Source: Octopus sinensis
Lineage: Eukaryota
Assembly: GCF_006345805.1 (NCBI RefSeq)
Contig: NW_021836152.1
Location: forward strand, 1-64,000
DNA: 64,000 nucleotides
Direction: 5' to 3'
The position numbers and the translations under genes were made by a program. The notes below the pieces were generated by a model. It was not told where the DNA came from and searched no databases. It saw only the letters and a program-made list of their open reading frames with translations. Shown here one piece after another: positions 15,865 to 28,795 of this stretch (position 1 is its first letter; every line of letters starts with the position of its first letter).

Positions 15865-17204
15865 CTCTGTGTGCCTTGTGTATGTGCTGTGATTTGTTGT
15901 GATGCTCTGATTGTTATTGTATGGAAAGTGTTCTGCGTAGGATGTGTGCAGTGCCTAGTAATGCAATTTTCTCTATGTTATATGTGTTTGTAAGTCCTGG
16001 TGTTTTTGTTATGTAATTGTCTGAATATTTTTTTATCATGCCCAATGCACCTATTATGATAGGAAATTTTTCTGTTTTTAGATTCCACATTCTGGTTACC
16101 TCTATTTCCAGCCTTTGTATTTGAGGATTTCTCCATTTCGTTTAGAGACACGTTGTCATCTGCCGGTATTGATACGTCAATTAAAAAGCATTTTTTTTCT
16201 TCATGATCTCTGACAACTATATCTGGTCTGTTGGCCTTAATTTCTCTATCTGTGTGTATCGGCATGTCCCAGAGTAGGGTTGCTTTCTCGTTTTCTGTAA
16301 CCTTTTCTGGTGTGTGCCTATACCTTCTTTTTTCTGTTGTTATTCTATAATGTTGGCATAGCTTCCAATGTATGTAGGTTCCAACACTGTCATGTCTGTG
16401 AATATTTTCCTTCTTAGCCAGGACTGGGCAGCTAGAGATAATATGATTTATTGTTTCTTGTCCATCTCCACATATTCTGCAGTTACTTGTTATATTTCTT
16501 TTCATTACATGTATTTGGTAATTTCTGGTGGGGAGGCTTTGGTCTTGTGCTGCAATTAAAAATCCCTCTGTCTCTGCTTTGAGTCCTGTTCTTCTCAACC
16601 ATTGCTGGGATTTTTCTTTGTCTATTTCTTTTGCGTTTAGTTTAGTCCAATAATTAACATGAAGGGGCATTTCTTGCCATCGTTTTATTATGGCTCGTTG
16701 CTGTTTATTTTTAGTTTGGATTTCATTTGTATTATACCTTTTGTTGTTTCTTCATCGTCGTTTTCTTCTTCTTTATATTTATGAGGTGGTATGATTTCTT
16801 GTTTGTATTTGTCAGCTTCCTTAAATACTGAGAACAGTTTTTTGTTTTGCTCGTGTTTTGCCGCTATTTGTATCAGTTTTCCTTCCTTCTGAAGTAGATA
16901 TTTTGAAGTCCTATGGTGGTTAAATTGTTGTAGTTTTCCAGTTGTATAAGGCCTCTACCACCTTCTATACGTTGTATATATAGTCTTTCTATGTCAGATT
17001 TTGGGTGATGCATCCTAGATCCAGTCATTATTTTTCTTGTTTTCCTATCTATTTTGGTCAGTTCATTTGGTGTCCAGTTAAGGATATTGTAGCTGTAACT
17101 TATAACTGGGACAGCAAAAGTGTTAATGCCTATTATCTTGTTTTTAGCATTGACCTCTGTTTTTAGTACTGATCTAATTCGTCTATAATATTCTTTTTTT
17201 ATTT
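15865..17204 (-). mobile_element. R4/Dong family A, 5'-truncated copy (post-RT region, CCHC knuckle, RLE); last ~55 bp of 3' end missing
   Basis: ORF 15978..16670: CRICGDGQETINHIISSC and KANRPDIVVRD..IDVS; near-identical to 40086-41470. Confidence 0.92.
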
Positions 17205-17221
17205 TTATTATTACTATTATT

Positions 17222-20200
17222 ACTTTTTTTTTCTTCTTTCAAATTTGCTTCCATTTCTTGCCGAGTGTCTTCCCGACTCCTAGGGCAAAGAAACTCATAG
17301 TATACACTGGTAGGCCATTAAACCAAACTCAGTAGTTCGTTCATTTTTTTTTTTTCAAGTTAAATTAAAATACATGAGCAGCAACAGTTCTCACATCGAC
17401 AATGCTCTTCTCAATACGTGTGACGTACCAGTTAAGACAATCTTTTGCACTTCTTGCAGAGATGGTAAGCCAGGGATCATCTCATATAATTTTCGGTTCC
17501 CTTCTTGATCATTCCTAGTGCTCCTACGATCACTGGTATTGTAACCGCCTTGAGATGCCACATTTTCTCAATTTCAATGAGTAGGTCTTTATATTTTCTG
17601 AGCTTGTCAAACTCTTTCGCTGAGATATTACGATCACAGGAGATGCTCATGTCGATCAATAAGCAAACTTTATTGTTTTGGTCTTTCACAACAATATCTG
17701 GTTTATTGGCCTTGATGGTTCGGTCTGTATGTACTGGAAAGATCCACAGAATGGTTACATTTTCTCCTTCAGTTACAGCCTCAGGGTGGTGATTATACCA
17801 CTTGTCGTTAGTTTTGATATTGTAATGCCGACTTATTAGCCAGTGGAGATATTGGCCAACTCTGTCATGTCTTAATTTATACTCCACTGGTGCTAAGACT
17901 TTACATCCAGAGATTAGGTGGTCCACTGTTTCAATCATGTCGTTGCAGAATCGGCATTTTGGGTCTGCTCCATTTTTCATCACATTGGCCTGGTAGTTCC
18001 GGGTTAATAGGCTTTGATCTTGAGCAGCCAGGATGAAACCTTCGCTCTCTGCTTTTAGCCCTGAGCTCCGTAGCCACTGATGGGTTTGCTTCTGGTCAAC
18101 ATCAGCTTGTTTGCTGCGGGTCACATATTTGCCGTGCAGAGGTTTCTCCTCCCACCTATCAGCCAATTGCTCGTGCGCTTTTTTCATTGCCATCATTTTC
18201 ACCTTCTTTGCAACAATAGTTGCCGTACTTCCCTCGGGTTGTTCAGTTTGGGTATCCTGCACGAGATCAATAGCAAATTTTTTGCTTTCCTTTATGATAG
18301 AATGAAGCTTCTTTCGTCTCTCGTGATTTTCCACGAGCTTTAGCATCCAGTCATTCGATATTTCGAGATATTTGGCCAGTCCAATTGTGGTTGTTTTGTA
18401 AGCTAGTTCAAATTGGATCAGGCCTCGACCTCCTTGGGCTCTGGGAAGGTAAAAGCGATCTACATCTGCCTTAGGGTGGTGCATCCTATTACAACTCAGC
18501 AGCTTGCGTATTTTTCTATTTATATTCTTTACTTCACTCATATTCCAGTTCAACACATTGTAGCTATAAGTAACAACTGGAACTGCTAAGGAATTTATAG
18601 CTAACACCTTGTTACGTGCATTTAGTTCAGATTTCAGGACTGCACGAACTCTCCTATAACATTCCTTCCTGATTTTCTCTTTCATGCTTGCATGCTGAAT
18701 ACCAGAGCCTTCATTTATCCCTAAATATTTGTATGTTTGTTCTTGCTCAAGCTCTCTTATGACTGTGTCAACATCTTACACGACTGAATTTGTGGTCTTC
18801 ACTTTCCCTTTCTGGAAAGTGGCCTTGGCACACTTCTCAGGTCCAAACTCCATCCCGATGTCATCGCTGAATGCTTTCACGGTGCGCAATAGGCCTTCAA
18901 GTTCATTATTGTCTTTACCATGAAGTTTTAAGTCATCCATATAAAATAGATGGCTTATTTTTTTATTGGCAATTTTATACCCATACCCTGTTCTGTTTAA
19001 TTCATTTGTAAGGGGTATTAGGGCTATGCAGAATATTAAAGGTGAAAGTGAGTCACCTTGAAAAATTCCACAGTTGATGTTTATATTTTCTGAGGCAAGT
19101 ACTCCATTAGAGTGGTATAATTGGAGATTCGTATTCCACAACGACATATTGTGCTTCAGGAAGTTTGAAATCACAGGGGAAATTTTGAAGATGTCCAGCG
19201 ATCTCAAGATCCATGGATGCGGTATACTGTCGAAGGTCTTTTTGTAGTCAATCCATGCGGTGCTGAGATTTCTGCGCTTGTTGTGACAGTTCTCATACGA
19301 TTGATCTTTGCATCCGTAAGAATTTCGGCGGCACCCTTTTTGTTCAATGGGGAAAATATCGTTCTTCTCCATGAATGCATATGTTTTCTCCGCCAGGATA
19401 GATGTTAGGATTTTATACGTGGTGGATAGACAGGTTATAGGCCGATAGTGTTTTGGAAGGTTGGTTTCGTTATTCTTTGGGAGTAGGTAAGTAATGCCAC
19501 TTGCTAACCATTCAGGTGTTTTCTTTGGGTCTCTCATAATTCCATTGAGCAGCTGAACTAGCTTACTGTGTGCGCATGGGAGCGATGCGAGCCAGAATTT
19601 CGGCACCCTATCTTTACCGGGGGATTTCCAATTATGGGCCTTCGTGAGTGCCTTTCTTAGGTCTGCTATTGTGATGTCTTCCCATGCTTGTTGTTTTAAA
19701 TTTTGGTAGGATCCTTCAGTTTGTATAATCCAGTCTGCATTTATGTTGTACGTCTTCTTGTCACTCCAAATACTTTTCCAAAATTTTTGAACTTCTTCCA
19801 TGGGAGGGGGTCTTTAACGGTTACTTTCTCCTTCCCTATTTCTCTGTAGAATCTTTTGGCATTGGATGTGAACAGCTTATTTTGCTTGTAAAACTTGTTT
19901 CTCTTCTCAAATCTTCGTATTCTTTGGGCTTTTGCTTGGACTTTTTGTTTCAGCGTTTCTTTTATTGATATCAGTTCTTCTCTTGGTGAGGATCCAAATT
20001 TTCTCTTCATCTTTCTTCCTGTTCTGGATCATTTCCACATATTAGTTCATTTAATATTGATATTTCCCCTCTCATAAATTCAATCTCTTTTTCAATTTTA
20101 CTTCTCCAGGTTTGATTTCTTCCCAGGTTTTGTTTTCTTTGTTTTCTCGGGAGCATACAGCTGGTTTCAATTGCCCTAGCAGAAGCGTAAATAATTTCAT

Positions 20201-21162
20201 TTAACTCAGTAAAATCAGGTTTTAATTCTCGTATTATTTCATTTGTTACATAGTTGCCAATTTGGATTTGTTTTTTATTTTGGTTTGTATTTGAGAGTTT
20301 ATGAAGTGTTTCTCTATCATTCATACTTGTATGTCTTACAACTTCAAGCGTATTCAGGATTTTCTGCCTCATTTCTGCCATAGACTCTCTGTGTCCTTCA
20401 GCAAATGCGAGATCTTCAGTTACTGTTGTTTTTTCGTTTTCCTGGCTATCTTTAACAGGTACAATAGAATTTCTTGTATCTTCAGGCCTTTGCGTACTTT
20501 GGTCAGATGGCAGTCTTTCAATTAAGCCTCGTGGTGGGCTATACTGTTCATCTGATTCTTCATTTCCTTTGAGTCGTATATTTATGTCATTTTCCATTGC
20601 GTGCTTGATCGCACTTATTTCACTGTCTGTGAGTCTGTTATTTCTAAGGATATCCCTCCTCACATTTGCTAATTTGTTCTCGTCCAAATAGGGCCTACTG
20701 TCTTGATTCCGTGTTCTCCATATACTGTAAGAGTTTGCGGTGTGTCTCTCTTGAGATGGCCTACCTAATGCATAGTAATAAGCGTATATTACTTCTTTAT
20801 ACTCTCCTCGGGTCCATTTGTTCCGCTTACATTTTTCTTTCTGTGGTGGTTGTGGTGGTGAACTTGGAGGGCTCGAGTTGGGGGATTTCCCGTTCAAGTG
20901 ACCATCCATGTCCGTATTCGGAGAAGAGTTTGTGCCAGTTGATGACTTTTCGATCCCAGGCTGGCTCTTCCCTGGGGGACGCGCTTCCAGATTAACCATA
21001 GGACAAGCGATTTGGTATACTGATTTAGTTTTCCTTTTAGTTTCCAAAAACATTTTGGTGCTACGATAATGTTATCATTTTTTAGCTTTGATTGGCTAGT
21101 GGGGAGACGGCCATCGTTGCCGTTACAATTATAATCGTACCATTATAGCAGCCGTAGTCGGC
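17222..21162 (-). mobile_element. R4/Dong family B, near full-length, ORF broken by stops and frameshifts
   Basis: ORF pieces 20007..21053 (N-term), 19741..20010, 18776..19801 (RT: GIFQGDSLSPLIF, FYMDDLKL) and 17477..18685 (CRFCNDMIETVDHLISGC, KANKPDIVVKD..IDMS). Both ends abut TAA repeats. Confidence 0.93.
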
Positions 21163-21185
21163 TTATTATTGTTATTATCATCACC

Positions 21186-24100
21186 AGTAGAGAGCATTTT
21201 GCCCACTCAAGATCAGCAATAATTTACGGTAAAGCTGAATCCACCCGTGATACAGGCATAAACCGCCTAAAAGATGACATTAATTTTGTTTCCATTTTGG
21301 TTGGAGAATTGTTCTCTGTGAACGAAAAGGTCAGTGTCCTTAAGGTCGCTCGGCTAGGAAGATTCCAAGCGAACCCAACCGCAGATACTAGACCACGCCC
21401 AATAAGGGTAATCTTTTCTTCTGATCGGGAGGCTTCAGTCTTACTGAACAGAGCTCAGACGCATGCTTGGGAGGACCCCAATATGGGTTTTCGCGAGGAA
21501 TACTCACTAAGAGAGAGAATTCGCCGGAGAAACCTGATATCCGAACTAAAGATGAGGAAACAAATGGGAGAGAAGGGTTTACGAATCCAAGATGGACAGA
21601 TAATCAAGTCCTACCTCTGGTCCCATGCTGTAGTGCTGACAGGGAAAGTGATGTGAGGGCAAATCGAAGTGAAGTTGATACCCCCGTCAACGATGCTATA
21701 TCTGATACACCTTATTCTGCTTGTTCCCCAACTCCCGCCCCTCAGACTTCACAGCTCAGCATCGTCTACACCAACTCGTGCTCCTTATTCCCAAAGTTCA
21801 GTGAACTATTTACACTGGCCATACGTGACTCCCTTGATGTGATAGCTATCACCGAGACTTGGCTGACTCCAGCAGTAAAGGACTCAGAAATCCACCTGCA
21901 GGGCTACGTCCTTTTCAGATGTGACAGAGGAAAAAGGCGAGGTGGAGGTTTTGCTGTGTATGTTAAGTCTGAGAACAAACCGTCCAGCGGTATTCTACCC
22001 ACTAACGCTCAGCCTACAACAAAATTCGATGCCGTCTATTGCAAGCTGAGCCTATCTGAGTTTTGCCTGCCCGTGTTGGCTGTCTACAGGCCGCCTCTTG
22101 CCGACCCCCAGGACGATGCTCATTTACTCGAAGCGATAAGATTCGTTTCAGCTTTGCATGACTGTTTGGTACTAGGAGACTTCAACGCTCCCACGATCGA
22201 TTGGCCCGCATCAATTTGTACAACATCTTCCCGGTTCGGCCAGGCCCTTCTTGACGTGGCTGAAGATTGTTTTCTATCGCAACAAGTTGAATATCCGACA
22301 AGGCATCGGTCTGGGCAGCAGCCATCTATACTAGATCTGGTATTCTCCCGCTATCCAATATCAGTGTCAGACGTATCTGTGTGCGCCCCTCTTGCCAAGA
22401 GTGATCATGCAGTCCTGAAGTTCGTCATGCACACAACTTTTTCTGCGCCCACGACTACTTCGCTGCCACGTAGAGTCTTCTCTGCAATTAATCTTGAAAT
22501 TCTAACCGAGGCTTCCGCGCTTCTGGACTGGCGATCCCTGATGACGTTGTCCTCAGTTGACGAACTATGGTCATCCATCAAAGCATATGTAATCTGTTTG
22601 ACTGACCAGGCAGTTCCCGTTGGGCTTCCCAAGAGGAAGAAACACAAGCCCTGGGTGACGAAGAGGGTTAAACGAGAACGTCGACTCAGAGATATTGCTT
22701 GGGCTGAATTCAAAAATCTGGATTCGACTGCAGCTTTTGAGGTGTACAAAACACAACGAGACCGAGCCGTGAAAATCGAAAAGAAAGAACGCTTCAGTTA
22801 TGAATACAAAATCGCGGCAAATGCCAGTAGCAATCCAAAAACCTTCTTTGCCCATGTCCAGCGGAATTCCCGCTTGAACAACCAGATTGCAACGTTGGTA
22901 GACTCAACAGGCGTATCGATTGAGTACCCTTATCAACAGAGTCAATTATTTGCCGAGGCTTTTTCAACTATTTTCAAACAAGATGATGGTCGTGAACCCC
23001 CTCCATTTGATAGATCGGTACCTCCAATGCTTCGATTGATCATCACGCGGGACGAAGTCAAACGTGTTATTCAAGGCCTCGATGTCAACAAGGGTCACGG
23101 CCCTGACGGCATACACCCACGGGTTATCAAAGCGTTGGCTCCGGTCATCTGCGACCCCTTGACGCGACTATTCAATATGTCATTAGCGACGGGTGTTATA
23201 CCTGCAGACTGGAGAACAGCGATAATCTGCCCAATTTTCAAGAAAGGGAGCCGCGAAGACCCGCTTAACTACCGACCGGTTTCCCTTACATCAATAATCA
23301 GCAAGATGTTCGAAACCATCCTTAAGAAAAGTATGATGCTCCACCTCCTAAACACAGCCTCTATCTCTGATTCCCAACACGGCTTCGTGCCGAAGAGATC
23401 ATGCTTGACCAACTTACTAGTAATGGAAGAATTGGTGACGCGCATCCTCGATGATAGTGATGCTGTTGACATCGTTTTACTGGACTTTGCCAAAGCTTTT
23501 GACTCGGTAAACCACCGCCTATTACTTGTCAAGCTTCAAGCATATAGTTTCCATTCGGATATTGTACGATGGGTTGGTGCTTTCCTCTCAGATCGCTCCT
23601 TCCAAGTCCAAGTTAATGGTTCGCGGTCCGACGTCTACAGTGCGAGCAGTGGCGTGCCTCAAGGTTCAGTGCTTGGGCCCTTGTTGTTCTTAGTCTTCAT
23701 AAATGACTTGCCCGACGACCTCACGCAACTCACCCTTCTATTTGCCGACGATATCAAACTGGTCGCTCCTCGCGGTAATATAGAGGATCTTCGTCGATGC
23801 CTCCACCAAATTTGGAAGTGGTCTAACGATTGGGACCTGTGTCTGAACATGTCAAAGTGCTGTCATCTGCCTGTCGGCTCTACTCCTGCAACTCAACTTG
23901 ATTTCGAGCCGGGTCGTCTGCTGCTGGAGAGGACCGATCAGGTAAAGGACCTAGGTATCTTGGTGGATTCCTCCTTTTCGCCTTCGGCCCAGTGCGTCCA
24001 TGATGACAACAAAGCACGCGGAATTCTGTTCTTGATTTGACTGTCATTCGGAATGCTCACAGCAGCCATATTCCTACCACTCTATGTCACGCTGGTGAGA

Positions 24101-24621
24101 CCCATATTGGAGTATGGGATTCAAGCCTCTTCTCCTTATCTCCTCAAAGACATACAGCATCTCGAAAGAGTCCAGAAGCTGGCTACCCGCATGGTTCATG
24201 GTCTCAAACATTTGTCCTACGAAGAAAGGCTGAGGACGCTCGACCATTATTCTCTAGAAAAACGCCGCCGCCGTGGTGATCTCATTCTCGCCCACAACAT
24301 CATAAGCGGAAAGTGTAACCTCTCGAAAGAGCTGTTCTTCACTCCTGCTCCAGAGCGTCGGCTGCGGGGGCATTCCGAAAAGCTCTACCTGCGACGATTT
24401 CATCTCAATCGAAGGAGAGGAGCTTTCTCTGTCCGGGTTGCGGATCCGTGGAACAAGCTGCCAGACGAGATGGTAAAGATGCCGACGACCGCTTTGTTCA
24501 AAGCCTCCCTGGACCTCAAGTGGCCTGAACTCTTTACATGAACACCACCCTGTACTTAACTCCATGTCCCCCTACATGGCCTTGCTATTTGCTTTTGAGC
24601 CAAATTAACTAACTAACTAAC
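21186..24621 (+). mobile_element. CR1/L2-group APE-RT LINE family C, 5'-truncated within ORF1, with (TAAC)n tail
   Basis: ORF1 C-terminus 21297..21656 is nearly identical to the end of 62400..63860; ORF2 follows; 3' end reads GCCAAATTAACTAACTAACTAAC. Confidence 0.92.
21467..24541 (+). pseudogene. Family C ORF2: apurinic endonuclease + reverse transcriptase, one frameshift near 24040
   Basis: APE motifs IVYTN, IAITETWL, GDFNAP, SDH; RT motifs YRPVSLTS, LDFAKAFDSV, GVPQGSVLGP, LFADD. The C-terminus continues in 24053..24541 (LERVQKLATRM, RRRRGDLI). Confidence 0.9.
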
Positions 24622-25067
24622 CATTACCATCACTATCATCATCATCACCACCATTACCATCATCATTATCATCATCACCATCACCATCACCACCATCATC
24701 ATCAATGATATTGTTTTATGTGTAGTCACAGCAGTATCTTTTTTTATTTTTTATTTTTGTATTTTTTTATCATTATCACCATCACAGTAGTGTCTGTCTG
24801 TCTCGTTGGCTGGCTTGGTGGTTGGCTGGCTGATTGTCTTCAACACTAGAGTTCTTGCCTGTCAAATAATACTTTCTTTGTGTTGGTTGAACTCTTTGAG
24901 TGTGTGTGTGTGTGTAGATAGATAGATAGATTATCAGCACCATTTCTATCATTATTATCATCATCACCATCATCACCATCACCATCAGTGATTTTTTTTT
25001 TTTGGTGGGGTCCTATCGGTCAAAAAAAGTTCAGATGTTACTAATATTAGGCTTAAGAAAAATTAAG

Positions 25068-25686
25068 GAAGGGCTGTTCTGTATTGTTTGTGAATAGAGA
25101 AGTTGTGTTCGACCAGAGAGAATCTTAGCATCATCATTTTTTTTTTCCATGTGCGTTTGTGTTATTGCAATAAAAAGTGTTTGTATATTTCCTGTAAGGT
25201 AATATTGTGGAGGTTGAAGTTGACTTTTCTAGAGATGTTTGTATGTCCAGTTAGAAGAACAGGTGTGTTTTTACAATAAAAAGTATATGTTTACATTTAT
25301 ATTTGAATATTCAGGGAGGAAGCAAAGAAAAGTCAGATTTTCATAGAAAGTTTTAGGGTTTTGTAAGTCCACATAAAGAAAAGCGTGATGTTTTTAGAGA
25401 GAAGAAAAAAAAAAGGATGTTTACAGAGGCAATTGTGGGTATCAAAGTTTTTAAAGCTAGTCGAATGTATGATTGAAAACTGTAGACATGTAAATTTGTA
25501 AATTTTCTTAACTTATTTTGAAGGGCTGTTCTGTATTGTTTGTGAATAGAGAAGCTGTGTTCGACCAGAGAGAATGTTATCATTATTATTTTTTCCATGT
25601 GCGTTTGTGTTATTGCAATAAAAAGTGTTTGTATATTTCGTGCTTATTTTGAAGGGCTGTTCTGTATTATTTATGAATAGAGAAGC

Positions 25687-25690
<4 letters not shown>
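25068..25690 (+). repeat. Local direct repeat: ~120-bp unit at 25068-25191 and 25520-25639, third partial copy at 25651-25690
   Basis: Shared GAAGGGCTGTTCTGTATT...GAATAGAGAAG(C/T)TGT(GTTCGACCAGAGAGAAT...GTATATTTC). Confidence 0.8.
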
Positions 25691-25721
<31 letters not shown>

Positions 25722-25820
25722 TATTATTATATTATTATTGTTATTATTATTATCATATATTATTATTATATTATTATTGTTATTATTTTTATTATCATTA
25801 TTATTTTATTATTATTATTA

Positions 25821-25852
<32 letters not shown>

Positions 25853-25869
25853 TATTATTAATATTATTA

Positions 25870-25905
<36 letters not shown>

Positions 25906-26068
25906 TATTATTGTTAATATAATTATTATTATTATCATTATTATCATTAACATTATCATTATCAATATAATATCATTATTATTATTATTATTATTATTCT
26001 TATTCTTATTATTTTTATTATTATTATTATTATTCAGTAGTTAATAATAATAATAATAAAAATAATAA

Positions 26069-26101
<33 letters not shown>

Positions 26102-26282
26102 TATTATATTGATAATGATAATGTTAATGATAATAATGATAATAATAATAATTATATTAACAATAATAATAATAATAATTATTATTATTTATTATTATTA
26201 TTATTATTACTATAATATTATTATTATTATATTATTATTATATTATTATTATATTATTATTATTTTTATATTATTATTATCA

Positions 26283-26327
<45 letters not shown>

Positions 26328-26359
26328 CATTATTATTATATTATTATTATTATATTATT
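25691..26359. repeat. (ATT)n array containing a ~280-bp foldback palindrome
   Basis: Directly visible; polarity flips to AAT at 26043-26179. Confidence 0.95.
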
Positions 26360-28572
26360 CAGTAGTTTTATTTTTATTGCGTGCTTTCACTTCACTACCG
26401 AGCGCATTTCTGTGTGCCTTGGGTATGTGCTGTGATTTGTTGTGATGCTCTGATGGTTATTGTATGGAAAGTGTTCTGCGTAGGATGTGTGCAGTGCCTA
26501 GTAGTGCAATTTTCTGTATGTTATATGTGTTTGTAAGTCCTGGTGTTTTTGTTATGTATTTGTCTGAATATTTTTTTATCATGCCTAATGCACCTACTAT
26601 GATAGGAATTGTTTCTGTTTTCAGGTTCCACATTCTAGTTACCTCTATTTCCAGGACTTTGTATTTTGAGAGTTTCTCCATTTCTTTTAGAGACACGTTG
26701 TCATCTGCCGGTATTGATACATCAATTAGAAAGCATTTTTTTTCTTCATGGTCTCTGACAACTATATCTGGTCTGTTGGCCTTAATTTCTCTATCTGTGT
26801 GTATCGGCATATCCCAGAGTATGGTTGCTTTCTCGTTTTCTGTGACCTTTTCTGGTGTGTGCCTATACCATCTTTTTTCTGTTGTTATTCCATAATGTTG
26901 GCATAGCTTCCAATGTATGTAGGTTCCAACTCTGTCATGTCTGTGAATATATTCCTTCTTAGCCAGGACTGGGCAGCTAGAGATAATATGATTTATTGTT
27001 TCTTGTCCATCTCCACATATTCTGCAGTTACTTGTAATATTTCTTTTCATTACATGTATTTGGTAATTTCTGGTGGGGAGGCTTTGGTCTTGTGCTGCAA
27101 TTAAAAATCCCTCTGTTTCTGCTTTGAGTCCTGAGCTTCTCAACCATTGCTGGGATTTTTCTTTGTCTATTTCTTTTGCGTTTAGTTTAGTGCAGTATTA
27201 CCATGAAGGGGTTTTTCTTGCCATCGTTTTATCATGGCTCGTTGCTGTTCTATTTTTAGTTTGGATTTCATTTGTTTTATAGCTTTTGTTGTTTCTTCAT
27301 CATCGTCTTCTTCTTCTTTGTGTTTATTAGGTGGTATGATTTCTTGTTTGTATTTGTCAGCTTCCTTAAATACTGAGAACAGTTTTTTGTTTTGCTCGTG
27401 TTTTGCCGCTATCTGGATCAGTTATTTATCCACAGGGTTTGTTTGGGTGGTGGTACTCCTGTTTGGGCGGGTTTGGGTGAGTATCCAGCTTCTTTTGTGG
27501 CTGCAGTGGCTGCTGCGTATATTAGGTTATTTAGCTCAGTGATATCACTTTTTTTTGTTTCAGTGGCTAGTTCAGTGACGGCTAGGTTTATGTTGTTTAT
27601 AATTGGTGTTGTTATTGCGTTTATTTTTATTCTTGGGAGGTATGGTCGGTGGTCCATTTTGAGCTCTGTGGTTTTTAGTTCTTTGATTATTTTATTTTTA
27701 TATTATCATAATCATTAGGCTCCCCTTCGTTGTTTACATCGTGTTGTTGGGAATGTTGCGTTTGTCTTCGTGTTTTACAGTTTCAGTGTTTATATTATTG
27801 GGCATTGTTGTGTGGCTTCTATCTACATTTTCTTGGTGTATTTTTTCTTTTAAATGTTCTATTTCTATTTCTGATATTTTTTTGGCTTTGAGAATGTATC
27901 TTCGTACTTTAGCTAATTTATTAGGGTTCATTGCTGTATCCAAGTCTATATCTCTATTATTTTCCTTCCATATTTTATATGTATGTGTTGTTGTATTTTC
28001 ATTTTGTGGGTAGAGCATTGCTGTGAAGTATGCGTGTAAGATAGAAATGTATTCCTCACGTGTCCATTTACGTCTTTTGGGTTTTAATTGCGGGACATGA
28101 GGTACAACGTCCGGCCCATTATTTTGACGGTCGTCATTTTCGTAGGGTACCGGTCCGTTTATTTCTGTTGTCACATTATTTCGCACGTGTAGTTTTTCGT
28201 ACATTTTTTGTTTTAGGTTTAATGTACGTACCGCTCGATTGTTATTCTTGGGTTGAATAGTATCGGTGGCATTTAATTTCTTCGTAGTTCCTTTGTACAT
28301 GGTGTTTGAAGTCGGGGATGATCGTGTTGTTCCACGCATGTTTACATGTGTTGTGTTAGAGGTGGAGATAATATCGAGTCAAAATACATCATTTCGTTTC
28401 GAAAATAGTAATAAATTTCAATTCGTATTACTTACTCGGATATAGTCCAATTCTTTGTTAGTAAATCTTTGGCTCCATAGGGTGTCCTTGTTTTCGATGT
28501 TTGTGGATAGATTTCGGAGCTCTGTATTTTCCTTCTTACATCTTAAACGTCCCCGGTGTCTTCTCTTAAACG

Positions 28573-28574
<2 letters not shown>
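26360..28574 (-). mobile_element. R4/Dong family A with both termini but a ~1.75-kb internal deletion removing the RT
   Basis: The junction at 27421-27423 (GTT) joins positions equivalent to 41145 and 42897 of the full copy; RLE ORF 26457..27143 and N-term ORF 27734..28339 are retained. Confidence 0.92.
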
Positions 28575-28626
<52 letters not shown>

Positions 28627-28739
28627 TATTATATTATTATTATTATTGTTATTATCATGATTATTATTATTATTAATTTTAATATTGTTATTATCATTAT
28701 TATCATTATTATCATTATATTATCATTATTATTATTATT

Positions 28740-28795
28740 CAGTAGTTTTATTTTATAGCGTGCTTTCACTTCACTACCGAGCGCAGCTCTGTGTG
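28740..28795 (-). mobile_element. 56-bp 3' stub of family A
   Basis: CAGTAGTTTTATTTTATAGCGTGCTTTCACTTCACTACCGAGCGCAGCTCTGTGTG matches the family A 3' terminus. Confidence 0.9.

Noticed and set aside
21638-21650. GGGAAAG heptamer just before the family C ORF1 stop as a frameshift site
   Set aside because: ORF1 reads GGG AAA GTG, so the heptamer is out of phase for X_XXY_YYZ.
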